From assembly GCA_964235485.1 (NCBI GenBank), contig CAXSAZ010000019.1, positions 8,984-72,983 of the forward strand: a DNA stretch of 64,000 bases, given 5' to 3'. Below, in pieces: positions 36,792 to 45,603 of the stretch (its first letter is position 1; every line of letters begins with the position of its first letter). The position numbers and the translations under genes are program-made. The DNA comes from an uncultured Acetobacteraceae bacterium. GTDB taxonomy: Bacteria; Pseudomonadota; Alphaproteobacteria; Acetobacterales; Acetobacteraceae. A model generated the notes under the pieces. That model made no database searches, was not told the origin of the DNA, and saw nothing but the letters and a program-made list of their open reading frames with translations.

Positions 36792-39700
36792 CTACACCCC
36801 GAACGCCGTCCGCCCCAACGCCTGCCCGGTGGCGAGGAAGCTCGCCAGCGGGTCCGTCCCGCCCGCGCGCACGTCCGGGTAGGCCGCCAGGTACTTGGCC
36901 GTGGAAAAGGCGGCGGAGGGGTCGCGGCCCTCCTTCCAGCCGTGGTCCTCGTAATGGCGCAACGGGTTGATCCCCGCCGCGCGCACGTCGGGGTTGCGGG
37001 ACAGGTAGTAGCTCGTGTCGAAAAAGGCGTCGGGGTCCAGGCCCTGCCGCCAGCCTCCCTGGTCGTAGCTGGCCGCCGCGTCCGCGCCGGCGGGCACGAC
37101 CGTCGCGACCTGGGCGAAGTAGAAGGCGCGGTCGATCAACGGGTCCGGCGCGGCGGGCGTGGCCTCCGGGGCGTTGATGAAGGCCGGGCGGCCTTCCCCT
37201 CGGCCATAGGCCAGGTAATGGGCCAGCGGGTTCGCCCCGGTCGCCGCCACGTCGGGGTTTGCGGCCAGGTACTGGCGGTCGCTGAAGGCGAGCGACGGTT
37301 CCCGGCCTTCTCGCCAGCCCGCGGCCTCGAACTGCGCCAGCGGGTCCAGCTTGGCGGCGGCCACGTCCGGGTTCGACCGGAGGTAATACGTCGTGTCGAA
37401 GAACGGGTCCGGGTTGAAGCCCAGCGTCCAGCCGACCCGGTGGTAATGGGCGCTGGCGTCTTCCCCCGAGGTCGCCACGTCCGGATGCTGCGCCAGGTAC
37501 CAGGCGCGGTCCACCAGCGGGTCCTGCGGGCCGACCGGATGCGGCGCGGCCGGGGCGGCGGCGCGGCCCTCGGCGCGGCCATACAGAAGAAAGTGCTGCA
37601 AAGGGTCCATGCCCGCCGCCCGCACGTCCGGGTTGGCGCGGAGATAGGCGGCCGTGCCGAAGCCCGGGCCGGGGTCGCGGCCTTCGCGCCAGCCGCGGTC
37701 CGCGTAGTGCGCCAAGGGGTTGACGCCCGCCGCGGCCACGTCGGGGTTCTGGTTCAGGTACCAGGCCGTGCTGAAAAAAGCGTTGGGGTCGCGGCCCTCT
37801 TTCCAGCCGTACTCCCCGTAATGCCGCAACGGGTCGAGCCGGGCCGCGGCCACGTCGGGGTTGCGGGCGAGGTACCAGGCCGCGTCGAAATCCCGGCCCG
37901 GCCCGGCGAGCACCGGGGCGCTCAGCCGGTGCGTGGTGCGCAGCAGCGTGCCCCCGGCGCCGTCGGCCGCGAGGCTGAACTCGCCTGCGGCGTAGGTCCC
38001 GCCCGAAAGGACGAAGCGCGCCGCCACGGTGCCGCCCGCGCTGACCTGCACGGCGCCGCCGGCCAGGCCGACGGACAGGCCGGGGCCGTAGGCCAGGCCT
38101 TGCAGGTCGATGCTGTCGCCGTTCTGGAAGTCGCGCAGGGTTGCGGAGATGGATGCGGAGGTGCCGGGGCCGCCCCCGAACACCAGCCGGGCCGTGGGGT
38201 CCAGAAAGGCGACGGTGCCGCCGAGTGCCGTGGACGTGCCAACCGTGAGCGTCGCGGCGTCCAGCGTGATGAGGCCGGTGTTGGCGAGCGTGCCCGCGCG
38301 GGCGGCGCCGTGGCTGATTGCGAGCGTTCCGGCGTTGGCGAGCGTCCCGTAATCGGCGTCGCCGGTCTGCGTGACGGTGCCGGCGTTGCTCAGCCCCGAA
38401 GCGGTGCCGCGCGCCGGGGACACGGTGGAGAAGCCGCCGGCGATGGCCAGCGTGGTTCCCGCACCCAGCAGTACCGGGCCGTCCGCCGCGGTTGAAAGCG
38501 CGCCGCCGGCCATTCGCAAGTCCGTGTTGTCCAGCGCGCCCGACAGCTCCAGGCTGGATCCGCTGGCGGCAAGGTCGATCAAGGCCCGGGCGCCGTTCCT
38601 GCCCTGCACGGCGGTGCCGCCCTTGAACTGGTATGCGGCCCGGGCCGTGGGCGCAAAAGCGCCGCGCCAGGACACGCCGTCCAGCACAACCGTGCCGGTG
38701 AAATCGAGGCTGCCGCCCGCGGCCGTGACGGCGCCGCCTTTCAGGGTGGGGTTGAGCGCCGCGATGCCGTTGAGCCGGCTCGCCAGCAGCACCAAGGACG
38801 CCCCGGTGTTGTCCCATGTCGCGTTCGGCGCCAAGCCCACCGTGCCCGGCCCGGCGGCCCGGCCCGCCAGGGCAGCCAAACCCGCCGTGGTCACCGTGCC
38901 CGACACGTTCAGCCGGCTGCCGAGGTTCAGGACCAGCGGGCCGCTGCCTTGAAAGCTGCCATCCACGGTGAGCGTGCCGTTGCTCTCCACCGTGACGCTG
39001 CCCGCGGTTGTGGCGTTGCCAAGCGCGCTGTTGCCGGTCACGTCCAGCGCCAGCCCCGCCCCCAACGTCAGGGGCACCCCGTCCGCCGCGGACAGCGTTG
39101 CGTCCTCCAAGCGCAGGGCGGCGTTGTCCAGACGCTCCGTGTCCGTGGCTTGCAAGGACAAGCGGCTCAGCGTCAGCGCCCCCGGCCCGGCGCCGTCCGC
39201 TCCGAGCAAGGGCAGGCCGCCGCGGAAGAACACTGCGGGCGGCGGGGTGTCGATGGACGGGCTGGGCGTGCCGGCCAGCGTCACCGGGCCGCGCAGGGCC
39301 ACGCCGTCCAGGGTCGTGGCCGGGCCGAGCGTCACCGTGCCGCCCGCCACCGTGCCGCCGCGCAGCACGCCCGCAAACGTCAGCCGGCCCGCCACCGTGG
39401 CGCCTGGCGACAAAGTGGCGCCCGTGTTGTCGAGGATGCCGTTGAAGCTCACCCCGCCCGCGCCGGACACCCCGCCGAGCGCCGCGGCGTAGGCCGTGGT
39501 CGTCAGCGGCCCCGACAGCGCCAGGGTTCCATCGATAACCGCGCCCGCGAGGCCGGCCAGCGGGGCGGTGCCCGTCCAACTCAGCGAAAGCGTTCCGCGG
39601 GTGGCGACGTTGAGGCTGCCACAGCCGCAAACGCCTTGCGTTTCGGCGACGGCGCGGGCCAACGTCGTGCCGGGCGCGACCGCCAGCGTGGCGCCGGGCT

Positions 39701-40367
39701 GCACCGCGACCGCGCCGGCATTGCGGAAGGTGCCGCCGCCGCCCACGGTCAAGAGGCTCCCCACGTCCAGGAACGCATCGGGGCCGAGCGTAAGCGCCAA
39801 GCCCGGCGCGGTGGTCAGCAATTGGCCGGAAGGGTTCGCGGGCGCGATGAAGCGGAGATCGACGTGATCCAGCACCTCCGCGTCCAGCGCGCGCACCTCG
39901 GACGCGGCGCCCGCCACCGTGACCGTGCCGCGGCCCGCGCCGGACGGCCCGGCGAACGTCGTCCCGCCCCGTAGCCCGAGCACTGCGCCGTAGCCCGGGA
40001 ACGGGTCGGCCCCCCCGGTCCCCACCGACACGCCGCCCTGCACGCCCACGCCGTCCAGAACCCCGACCAGGCCGTACGCGCCCTCCGAGTTGAAGCGCAG
40101 CGTGCCGCCGGATAAGCGCAGGGTGCCGCCTCGCACCGTGCCGCCGTTCAGGTTGACCTCTGCCAGCGCCGTGCCCGGCTTGACCTCCAGCACCGAGCCG
40201 GATGCGGTGTTGTCCACCGTGCCGCGAAGCGTCACCGGGCCGGCGGGGGCGCCGGCGAGGCTGGCAAGCAAGGCCGCCGTCGTGATGTCGCCAAAAGAGG
40301 ACGCGGCTGCGGCCGGGGCAGCGGCCGCGGTCGCTGCCGTGGCAGCGGCCAGCGCAACTGGTTGCAT
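36792..40367 (-). CDS. Large surface/secreted protein: Gly/Ala/Thr-rich beta-helix-like region plus C-terminal F/xDxxxYLxxNPDV...PLxHYxxxGWxEGRDP repeats
   Basis: About six ~35-aa repeats in the last ~370 aa; N-terminal region rich in G/T/A/L beta-strand repeats; start uncertain. Confidence 0.75.
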   Translation of the reverse strand: MQPVALAAATAATAAAAPAAAASSFGDITTAALLASLAGAPAGPVTLRGTVDNTASGSVLEVKPGTALAEVNLNGGTVRGGTLRLSGGTLRFNSEGAYGLVGVLDGVGVQGGVSVGTGGADPFPGYGAVLGLRGGTTFAGPSGAGRGTVTVAGAASEVRALDAEVLDHVDLRFIAPANPSGQLLTTAPGLALTLGPDAFLDVGSLLTVGGGGTFRNAGAVAVQPGATLAVAPGTTLARAVAETQGVCGCGSLNVATRGTLSLSWTGTAPLAGLAGAVIDGTLALSGPLTTTAYAAALGGVSGAGGVSFNGILDNTGATLSPGATVAGRLTFAGVLRGGTVAGGTVTLGPATTLDGVALRGPVTLAGTPSPSIDTPPPAVFFRGGLPLLGADGAGPGALTLSRLSLQATDTERLDNAALRLEDATLSAADGVPLTLGAGLALDVTGNSALGNATTAGSVTVESNGTLTVDGSFQGSGPLVLNLGSRLNVSGTVTTAGLAALAGRAAGPGTVGLAPNATWDNTGASLVLLASRLNGIAALNPTLKGGAVTAAGGSLDFTGTVVLDGVSWRGAFAPTARAAYQFKGGTAVQGRNGARALIDLAASGSSLELSGALDNTDLRMAGGALSTAADGPVLLGAGTTLAIAGGFSTVSPARGTASGLSNAGTVTQTGDADYGTLANAGTLAISHGAARAGTLANTGLITLDAATLTVGTSTALGGTVAFLDPTARLVFGGGPGTSASISATLRDFQNGDSIDLQGLAYGPGLSVGLAGGAVQVSAGGTVAARFVLSGGTYAAGEFSLAADGAGGTLLRTTHRLSAPVLAGPGRDFDAAWYLARNPDVAAARLDPLRHYGEYGWKEGRDPNAFFSTAWYLNQNPDVAAAGVNPLAHYADRGWREGRDPGPGFGTAAYLRANPDVRAAGMDPLQHFLLYGRAEGRAAAPAAPHPVGPQDPLVDRAWYLAQHPDVATSGEDASAHYHRVGWTLGFNPDPFFDTTYYLRSNPDVAAAKLDPLAQFEAAGWREGREPSLAFSDRQYLAANPDVAATGANPLAHYLAYGRGEGRPAFINAPEATPAAPDPLIDRAFYFAQVATVVPAGADAAASYDQGGWRQGLDPDAFFDTSYYLSRNPDVRAAGINPLRHYEDHGWKEGRDPSAAFSTAKYLAAYPDVRAGGTDPLASFLATGQALGRTAFGV

Positions 40368-40712
40368 GGACAGGACGCCCCGTGCCGGATTTCGCGAGAA
40401 CCAACAAATTGCCACGAAGCAGGAACGAAGTCAATGTGCTTCCGATTTGATCGGGTCGCCGCATGGCGGGCGCGGCCTCGGGATCGGCGTCCGATCAGGA
40501 CGCAGGCCGGCGCTGTCGTTGGTGAACAGGTCGAGCGTGCCGAAGCCGCGCGGCAGCGGCCGGATTGCCTCGGCCTCCGCGCCGATGGCCGGTCCAGGGC
40601 GGAGCGCAACCTGTCCTCCCAAACCGGGTCGGGCGCGCAGGGGCGGTGCCGCTCCCTTGAGGATGCGTGGCCCGCCGCATAGTAAGGGTGCAAACCTTGC
40701 AAGGATGGCTCG

Positions 40713-41663
40713 ATGGCGACGCGCAGTGTGGCGACGGTGTTCGGCGGCAGCGGCTTCATCGGGCGCTACGTGGTGAAGCGGCTCCTGGCCCAGGGACACA
40801 TCGTCCGGGTGGCCGGGCGGCGCACGGAAGCGGCGCGCGGCGCCATGATGGCGGGCCGGGTCGGCCAGATGGTGCCGCTGTATGTGAGCCTGGGCAACGA
40901 GGCGCAGGTGCAGCGGGCGACGGAAGGCGCCGACATCGTGGTGAACCTGGTCGGCCTGTTGAGCGAGAAGCGCCCCGGCGATTTCGGGCGCGTCCAGGCG
41001 GAGGGCGCCGGGCGGATCGCGCGCTCGGCGGCGTCGCACGGGGTGGGGCGGATGGTGCAGGTGTCGGCCATCGGCGCGGACGCGCACAGCCCGAGCGCCT
41101 ATGCGCGGACCAAGGCGGAAGGCGAGCAGGCGGTGCTGGCCGCGATGCCCCATGCCACGATCCTGCGCCCGTCCCTGGTGTTCGGGGCGGAGGACAAGTT
41201 CTTCAACCGGTTCGGCTCCATGGCGATGATGCTGCCGGTGATGCCGGTGATCTGCGGGAACACGCGGTTCCAGCCGGTGTACGTGGGCGACGTGGCGGAC
41301 GCGGTGATGGCGGCCTTGGATAAGACCGAGGCGCGCGGGCGGACCTTTGAGCTGGGCGGGCCGCGGGTGTGGACGTTCCGGGAAATCCTCGCGTGGATCC
41401 TGAAGGAAACGCGCCGGCGCCGGCCGTTGGTGGAGGTGCCGCCGGGCTTGGCGCGGCTGCAAGCGCGGTTGGGAGAGCTGGTGCCGGGCAAGCCGTTCAC
41501 GCGGGACCAGTTGGTCTTGCTCGGGCGGGACAACGTGGTGGGGGAGGGGATGCCGGGCTTGCAGGATCTGGGCATCGTGCCGACGCCGGTGGAGCTGGTG
41601 GTGCCGGAGTACCTGGACCGCTACCGCGCCGGCGGGGGAAAGCGGGAGGAAATCCCGACATGA
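40713..41663 (+). CDS. NDUFA9-like NAD-dependent epimerase/dehydratase
   Basis: VFGGSGFIGRYVV, VVNLVG, YARTKAEGE, ILRPSLVFG, FQPVYVGDVA. Confidence 0.9.
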   Translation: MATRSVATVFGGSGFIGRYVVKRLLAQGHIVRVAGRRTEAARGAMMAGRVGQMVPLYVSLGNEAQVQRATEGADIVVNLVGLLSEKRPGDFGRVQAEGAGRIARSAASHGVGRMVQVSAIGADAHSPSAYARTKAEGEQAVLAAMPHATILRPSLVFGAEDKFFNRFGSMAMMLPVMPVICGNTRFQPVYVGDVADAVMAALDKTEARGRTFELGGPRVWTFREILAWILKETRRRRPLVEVPPGLARLQARLGELVPGKPFTRDQLVLLGRDNVVGEGMPGLQDLGIVPTPVELVVPEYLDRYRAGGGKREEIPT

Positions 41664-41674
41664 AGGAGGGGCCG

Positions 41675-42103
41675 ATGGGCGATCTGTATAACGACGACAT
41701 CTTGGAATGGTCGGAGCGGCAGGCGCGGCTGCTGCGCGACGTGGCAGGGGGGTGGCGGGGGAACGAAGCGCCCGATTGGGCCAACGTGATCGAGGAGATT
41801 GAGAGCGTGGGCCGGAGCCAGCTTACCGCCGTGAGGTCGCTGCTGGTGCAGGCGCTGCTACACGACCTGAAGTGCGCGGCTTGGCCCTTATCCCGGGACG
41901 TGCCGCATTGGCGGGCGGAAGCACGGGGGTTCCGCGACGAGGCGGCAGAAGCCTATGCGCCCTCCATGCGCCAGCACATCGACGTGGCCGAGCTTTACCG
42001 CAAAGCCTTGCGGCGGTTGCCCGACACTCAGGACGGTCAGCCGCCGCTACCGGTGCCGGAGGCTTGCCCGGCCACGCTGGATGAGCTGCTGGGGGCGGGA
42101 TGA
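41675..42103 (+). CDS. DUF29-family protein
   Basis: LYNDDILEWSERQA.LL, DWANVIEEIESVGRSQ, CP..LDELL. Confidence 0.85.
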   Translation: MGDLYNDDILEWSERQARLLRDVAGGWRGNEAPDWANVIEEIESVGRSQLTAVRSLLVQALLHDLKCAAWPLSRDVPHWRAEARGFRDEAAEAYAPSMRQHIDVAELYRKALRRLPDTQDGQPPLPVPEACPATLDELLGAG

Positions 42104-42286
42104 ACGCACCCAGCAACGAATTCCGAACGCGGACAGCCGTTGGCGGGCCATGAGCCTCGGCGACAAGCACCTGACGGACGGGACCGAAGACCCGAAAGAG
42201 CGCACGCCGCCTATCGCGCGGACGGGATGGCCGGGAGTGAGCGTCCCACCGCGGCGCTGGCCGAGGCCGGGCGGGACGCAAGCCGT

Positions 42287-43234
42287 TCAGGTTGGGATGA
42301 CGCCCATGGCGGCCGTGCTGTCGTTCGGGTCGAGGATGGCGGACATAGCCGCGGCCTGGCCCCCGCTGTCCCCGCCCTGGGAGTAGCCCCAGCCGCCCGA
42401 TCCCTGAGCCGTCGCGGGCGACAGGGCCTGGTCCAGCAGCCGCTCGTCCGTCACGCCCTGCAGCACCAGCGACCCCTTGCCGACCAGCTCGTCGGGGCCG
42501 GTGCGGGTGTCGTACACGACGAACAGGTCCGGGCCGTCCGCGCCCACGGTGAAGGTGTTGCCGCCGGCAAAGGTGCCGTGGAACACCGCATACTCCGCGC
42601 TGCCGATGGCGGGGCGGAAAAGGCTTATGGGAGGGACGTTGTAGTTGTACGTGTAAAGCTCCGGCACCAGCGCCACGCTGCTGTCCACCTTGGCAAGGGG
42701 CGCGTCGCTGGCAGTCGGGCCGTTGGTGTCCACGTCGTAATAGCGAAAGCCGATGTGGTCGCCGCGCCCGAGATCGGTGATCGCGTCCATGGGGCCTTTG
42801 AACGTGTCCCCGTCCGACACGACGCCGTCGCCCGCGGCGTCGTTCAGCACCACCAGGTTGCCATCGTTGACCAGCGTGAACGTGTCGCTGCCCAGGCCGC
42901 CGGTCAGGGTGCTGCCGGGCTGCATCCCGCTGCCGCCGCCAAGGCTGATCAGCGTGTCGTCGCCGTTGCCGCCGATCAACGTGCTGCCGAGGCCGCCTGT
43001 CAGCGTGTCGTCGCCGTTGCCGCCGAAGGCGACGCTGTTGGACCCGCTGAGTTGGATGGTGTCGTCGCCGTTGCCGCCGTCGATGAAGAGGTTGTCAGCC
43101 GGGGCGTAAAACAAGCCGTCCGTGGTGATCGTGTCGTTGCCGTTGCCGCCGAAGACGGCCGAGTTGCTGGCCCAATCCGGCTGGTTGTAGAAACTGAAGT
43201 AATCGTCGTCGTTTCCGAGTTGATAAACAGGCAT
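42287..43234 (-). CDS. RTX/hemolysin-type Ca-binding repeat protein
   Basis: Repeated GGNGNDTI/GGNGDDTL nonapeptides; start placed at MPVYQLG. Confidence 0.78.
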   Translation of the reverse strand: MPVYQLGNDDDYFSFYNQPDWASNSAVFGGNGNDTITTDGLFYAPADNLFIDGGNGDDTIQLSGSNSVAFGGNGDDTLTGGLGSTLIGGNGDDTLISLGGGSGMQPGSTLTGGLGSDTFTLVNDGNLVVLNDAAGDGVVSDGDTFKGPMDAITDLGRGDHIGFRYYDVDTNGPTASDAPLAKVDSSVALVPELYTYNYNVPPISLFRPAIGSAEYAVFHGTFAGGNTFTVGADGPDLFVVYDTRTGPDELVGKGSLVLQGVTDERLLDQALSPATAQGSGGWGYSQGGDSGGQAAAMSAILDPNDSTAAMGVIPT

Positions 43235-43614
43235 GGGTCCTTGTTCCTCCGCTGGCCCGGCAGCAACGAGACTGATCCCCGCGCCGGCAAAGCGGCCGAG
43301 ACTTAGGGAAGGCGCCGCCGCTTCTGCTGTGACCTGCGTCACACTGTCCGGCATTGGGTTGATCCGATTGACAACGGGGCGGCGTTGCAGCGTGCTCTGC
43401 GGGATGCCGTTGGCATTCCCGGCCCGATAGGTCCATTATGGAACTAATACGCTGGGCCGCTCTGCCGCTGTTCTGGGCAGCGGCGCTCCGATGATGAAAA
43501 TTAGGGCAGCACTGCTGACGTAGCTGCTGTTTTTCTCATCGCCAAGCCGGCAAGACACCCTTAATATGCTGGCGCAAGACGGCCGCACGGCGACTTGATC
43601 GGAGGAATGTGACC

Positions 43615-45045
43615 ATGGCTGACCGTATGCTGCAATTCGTGAGCCTGGCGCAGCGTCAGCCAGACAAGCGCGCGTCGTCCATGCGGCGGGAGGACTTCGC
43701 CGAGATCTATGCCGACTTCGACCCGGCGCAGGCCAGCGCGCAGGCCAGCCGGTGCAGCCAATGCGGCGTGCCGTTCTGCCAGGTGCACTGCCCGCTCGGG
43801 CAGAACATCCCGGATTGGCTGAAGCTCACGGCGGAGAACCGGCTGCAGGAAGCCTACGAGGTCAGCGCCGCGACCAGCACCTTCCCAGAAATCTGTGGGC
43901 GCATCTGCCCGCAGGACCGGCTGTGCGAGGGCAACTGCGTCATCGAAAAGGGGTTCGACAGCGTCACCATCGGCGCGGTGGAGCGGTTCATCACCGACCA
44001 TGCGTGGGAACAGGGCTGGGTGACGGGGCCGAAGCCACGGCAGGAACGGCCGCAATCGGTGGGGATCATCGGCGCCGGGCCGGGGGGCCTGGCGGCGGCG
44101 GAGCGGCTGCGGACGCTGGGGTATCAGGTGCACGTTTACGACCGGTATGACCGGGTGGGCGGGCTGATGATCTACGGCATTCCCGGGTTCAAGCTGGAAA
44201 AGGACATCGTGCTGCGGCGCTGGAAGCTGCTGGAGGAGGGGGGCATCCAGTTCCACCTCGGCGTGGAGCTGGGGCGGGACCTGAGCTTCGCGGAATTGCG
44301 GGCGCGGCATGACAGCGTGCTGATCGCCACGGGCGTTTACAAGGCGCGCGACATCGGCGGACCCGGCGCCGGGCTGCCGGGGATCGAGACGGCGATGGAT
44401 TTCCTGACCGCCAGCAACCGGAAGGGCCTGGGCGACCAAGTGCCGGAGTTCGACAGCGGGCGGCTGAACGCCGCGGGCAAGCGCGTGGTGGTGATCGGCG
44501 GCGGCGACACGGCGATGGACTGCGTGCGCACCGCGACGCGCCAAGGCGCGGCGAGCGTTGCGTGCCTGTATCGGCGCGACAAGGCGAACATGCCCGGCTC
44601 CATGCGCGAGGTGAAGAACGCGGAGGAGGAGGGCGTGCAGTTCGCGTGGCTGTCCGCGCCCGAAGCGTTCCTGGGCGACGACCATGTGACGGGGGTGCGC
44701 GTGCAACGGATGCGCCTCGGCCTGACCGACAGCTCCGGGCGGCAGGCGGTGGAAGCGACGGACAGCCGGATGACCTTGGACGCGGATTTGGTGGTCAAGG
44801 CGCTGGGCTTCGACCCGGAGGACCTGCCGCGGCTGTGGGACGAGCCGGGGCTGGAGGTGAGCCGGTGGGGCACGCTCAAGGTGGAGCACCGGACGCAGAT
44901 GACGATGCTGCCGGGCGTGTTCGCGGCGGGAGATATCGTGCGCGGGGCGAGCCTGGTGGTGTGGGCGATCCGCGACGGGCGGGACGCGGCGGCGCGGATG
45001 CACAAGTATATGCAGCAGGGGGCGATGCAGGTCGCGGCGGAGTGA
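43615..45045 (+). CDS. gltD: Glutamate synthase small subunit
   Basis: QASRCSQCGVPFCQVHCP, ICGRICPQDRLCEGNC, GAGPGGL, IGGGDTAMDC. Confidence 0.96.
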   Translation: MADRMLQFVSLAQRQPDKRASSMRREDFAEIYADFDPAQASAQASRCSQCGVPFCQVHCPLGQNIPDWLKLTAENRLQEAYEVSAATSTFPEICGRICPQDRLCEGNCVIEKGFDSVTIGAVERFITDHAWEQGWVTGPKPRQERPQSVGIIGAGPGGLAAAERLRTLGYQVHVYDRYDRVGGLMIYGIPGFKLEKDIVLRRWKLLEEGGIQFHLGVELGRDLSFAELRARHDSVLIATGVYKARDIGGPGAGLPGIETAMDFLTASNRKGLGDQVPEFDSGRLNAAGKRVVVIGGGDTAMDCVRTATRQGAASVACLYRRDKANMPGSMREVKNAEEEGVQFAWLSAPEAFLGDDHVTGVRVQRMRLGLTDSSGRQAVEATDSRMTLDADLVVKALGFDPEDLPRLWDEPGLEVSRWGTLKVEHRTQMTMLPGVFAAGDIVRGASLVVWAIRDGRDAAARMHKYMQQGAMQVAAE

Positions 45046-45554
45046 TGCACTGGCCGGGGACGCTGCTGTGCGCGGCGCTCCTGCTCGGTTTCGGCGTCTT
45101 GCTGCTTGCCCAGGCCGGGCCAAGCGAGGAAGCGCACCGGCTTGCCCGGTCATGGCTCGTGGGCGCGCAGTCTGGATATTCGTTCGACGCCGTTGCTGCC
45201 GAGAAGCGGGGCAAGGTCATTGGAGTTTTGAAGTCCTACAATCAAAACCAGGCGCAGGTGGCCGAAGCCGTGGATCGCATCGTCACGCCCGGGATGTATG
45301 CCAAGCTGCCGGCCCTGCTCGTACGATACGAGGACGTGTTGGTGCGCCACCTCACCACGAGGGAGCTGCGCTCGGTCGTGCGCGACGAAGACAATGAGGC
45401 GCGTCGAAGCGCCGCCGCGAAAATGCGGCAGGTTGAGGCCGACCTGGAGCAAGCCAGGCGCGTCTGGGGCAGGGACTCGTGCCGCGAGATTTTTGCCGAG
45501 AACCGGGTGGTGCTCGCAGGTTTGGGTTTGGGCGAGGCAGTGGCCGGGTGTTGA
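45045..45554 (+). CDS. Hypothetical exported protein between gltD and gltB
   Basis: ATG overlaps the gltD TGA; signal-peptide-like N-terminus (MHWPGTLLCAALLLGFGVLLLAQA); 169 aa. Confidence 0.55.
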   Translation: MHWPGTLLCAALLLGFGVLLLAQAGPSEEAHRLARSWLVGAQSGYSFDAVAAEKRGKVIGVLKSYNQNQAQVAEAVDRIVTPGMYAKLPALLVRYEDVLVRHLTTRELRSVVRDEDNEARRSAAAKMRQVEADLEQARRVWGRDSCREIFAENRVVLAGLGLGEAVAGC

Positions 45555-45603
45555 CGCGCCGCCTCGGCCCGGCTGCCGCCGTTCGAGTCGCTGAAATGTT
45601 GTG

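Noticed and set aside
36463-40464. Long alternative-frame ORFs (1333 aa here; likewise 56486-59614, 21334-23748, 25972-28434)
   Set aside because: Arg/Gly/Pro-rich shadow frames expected at this GC content, overlapping well-supported genes, with no family motifs, unlike the methyltransferase second frame.
43380-43600. Riboswitch upstream of gltD
   Set aside because: A few hairpins (e.g. GGGATGCC/GGCATTCCC) but no riboswitch consensus I can recognise.
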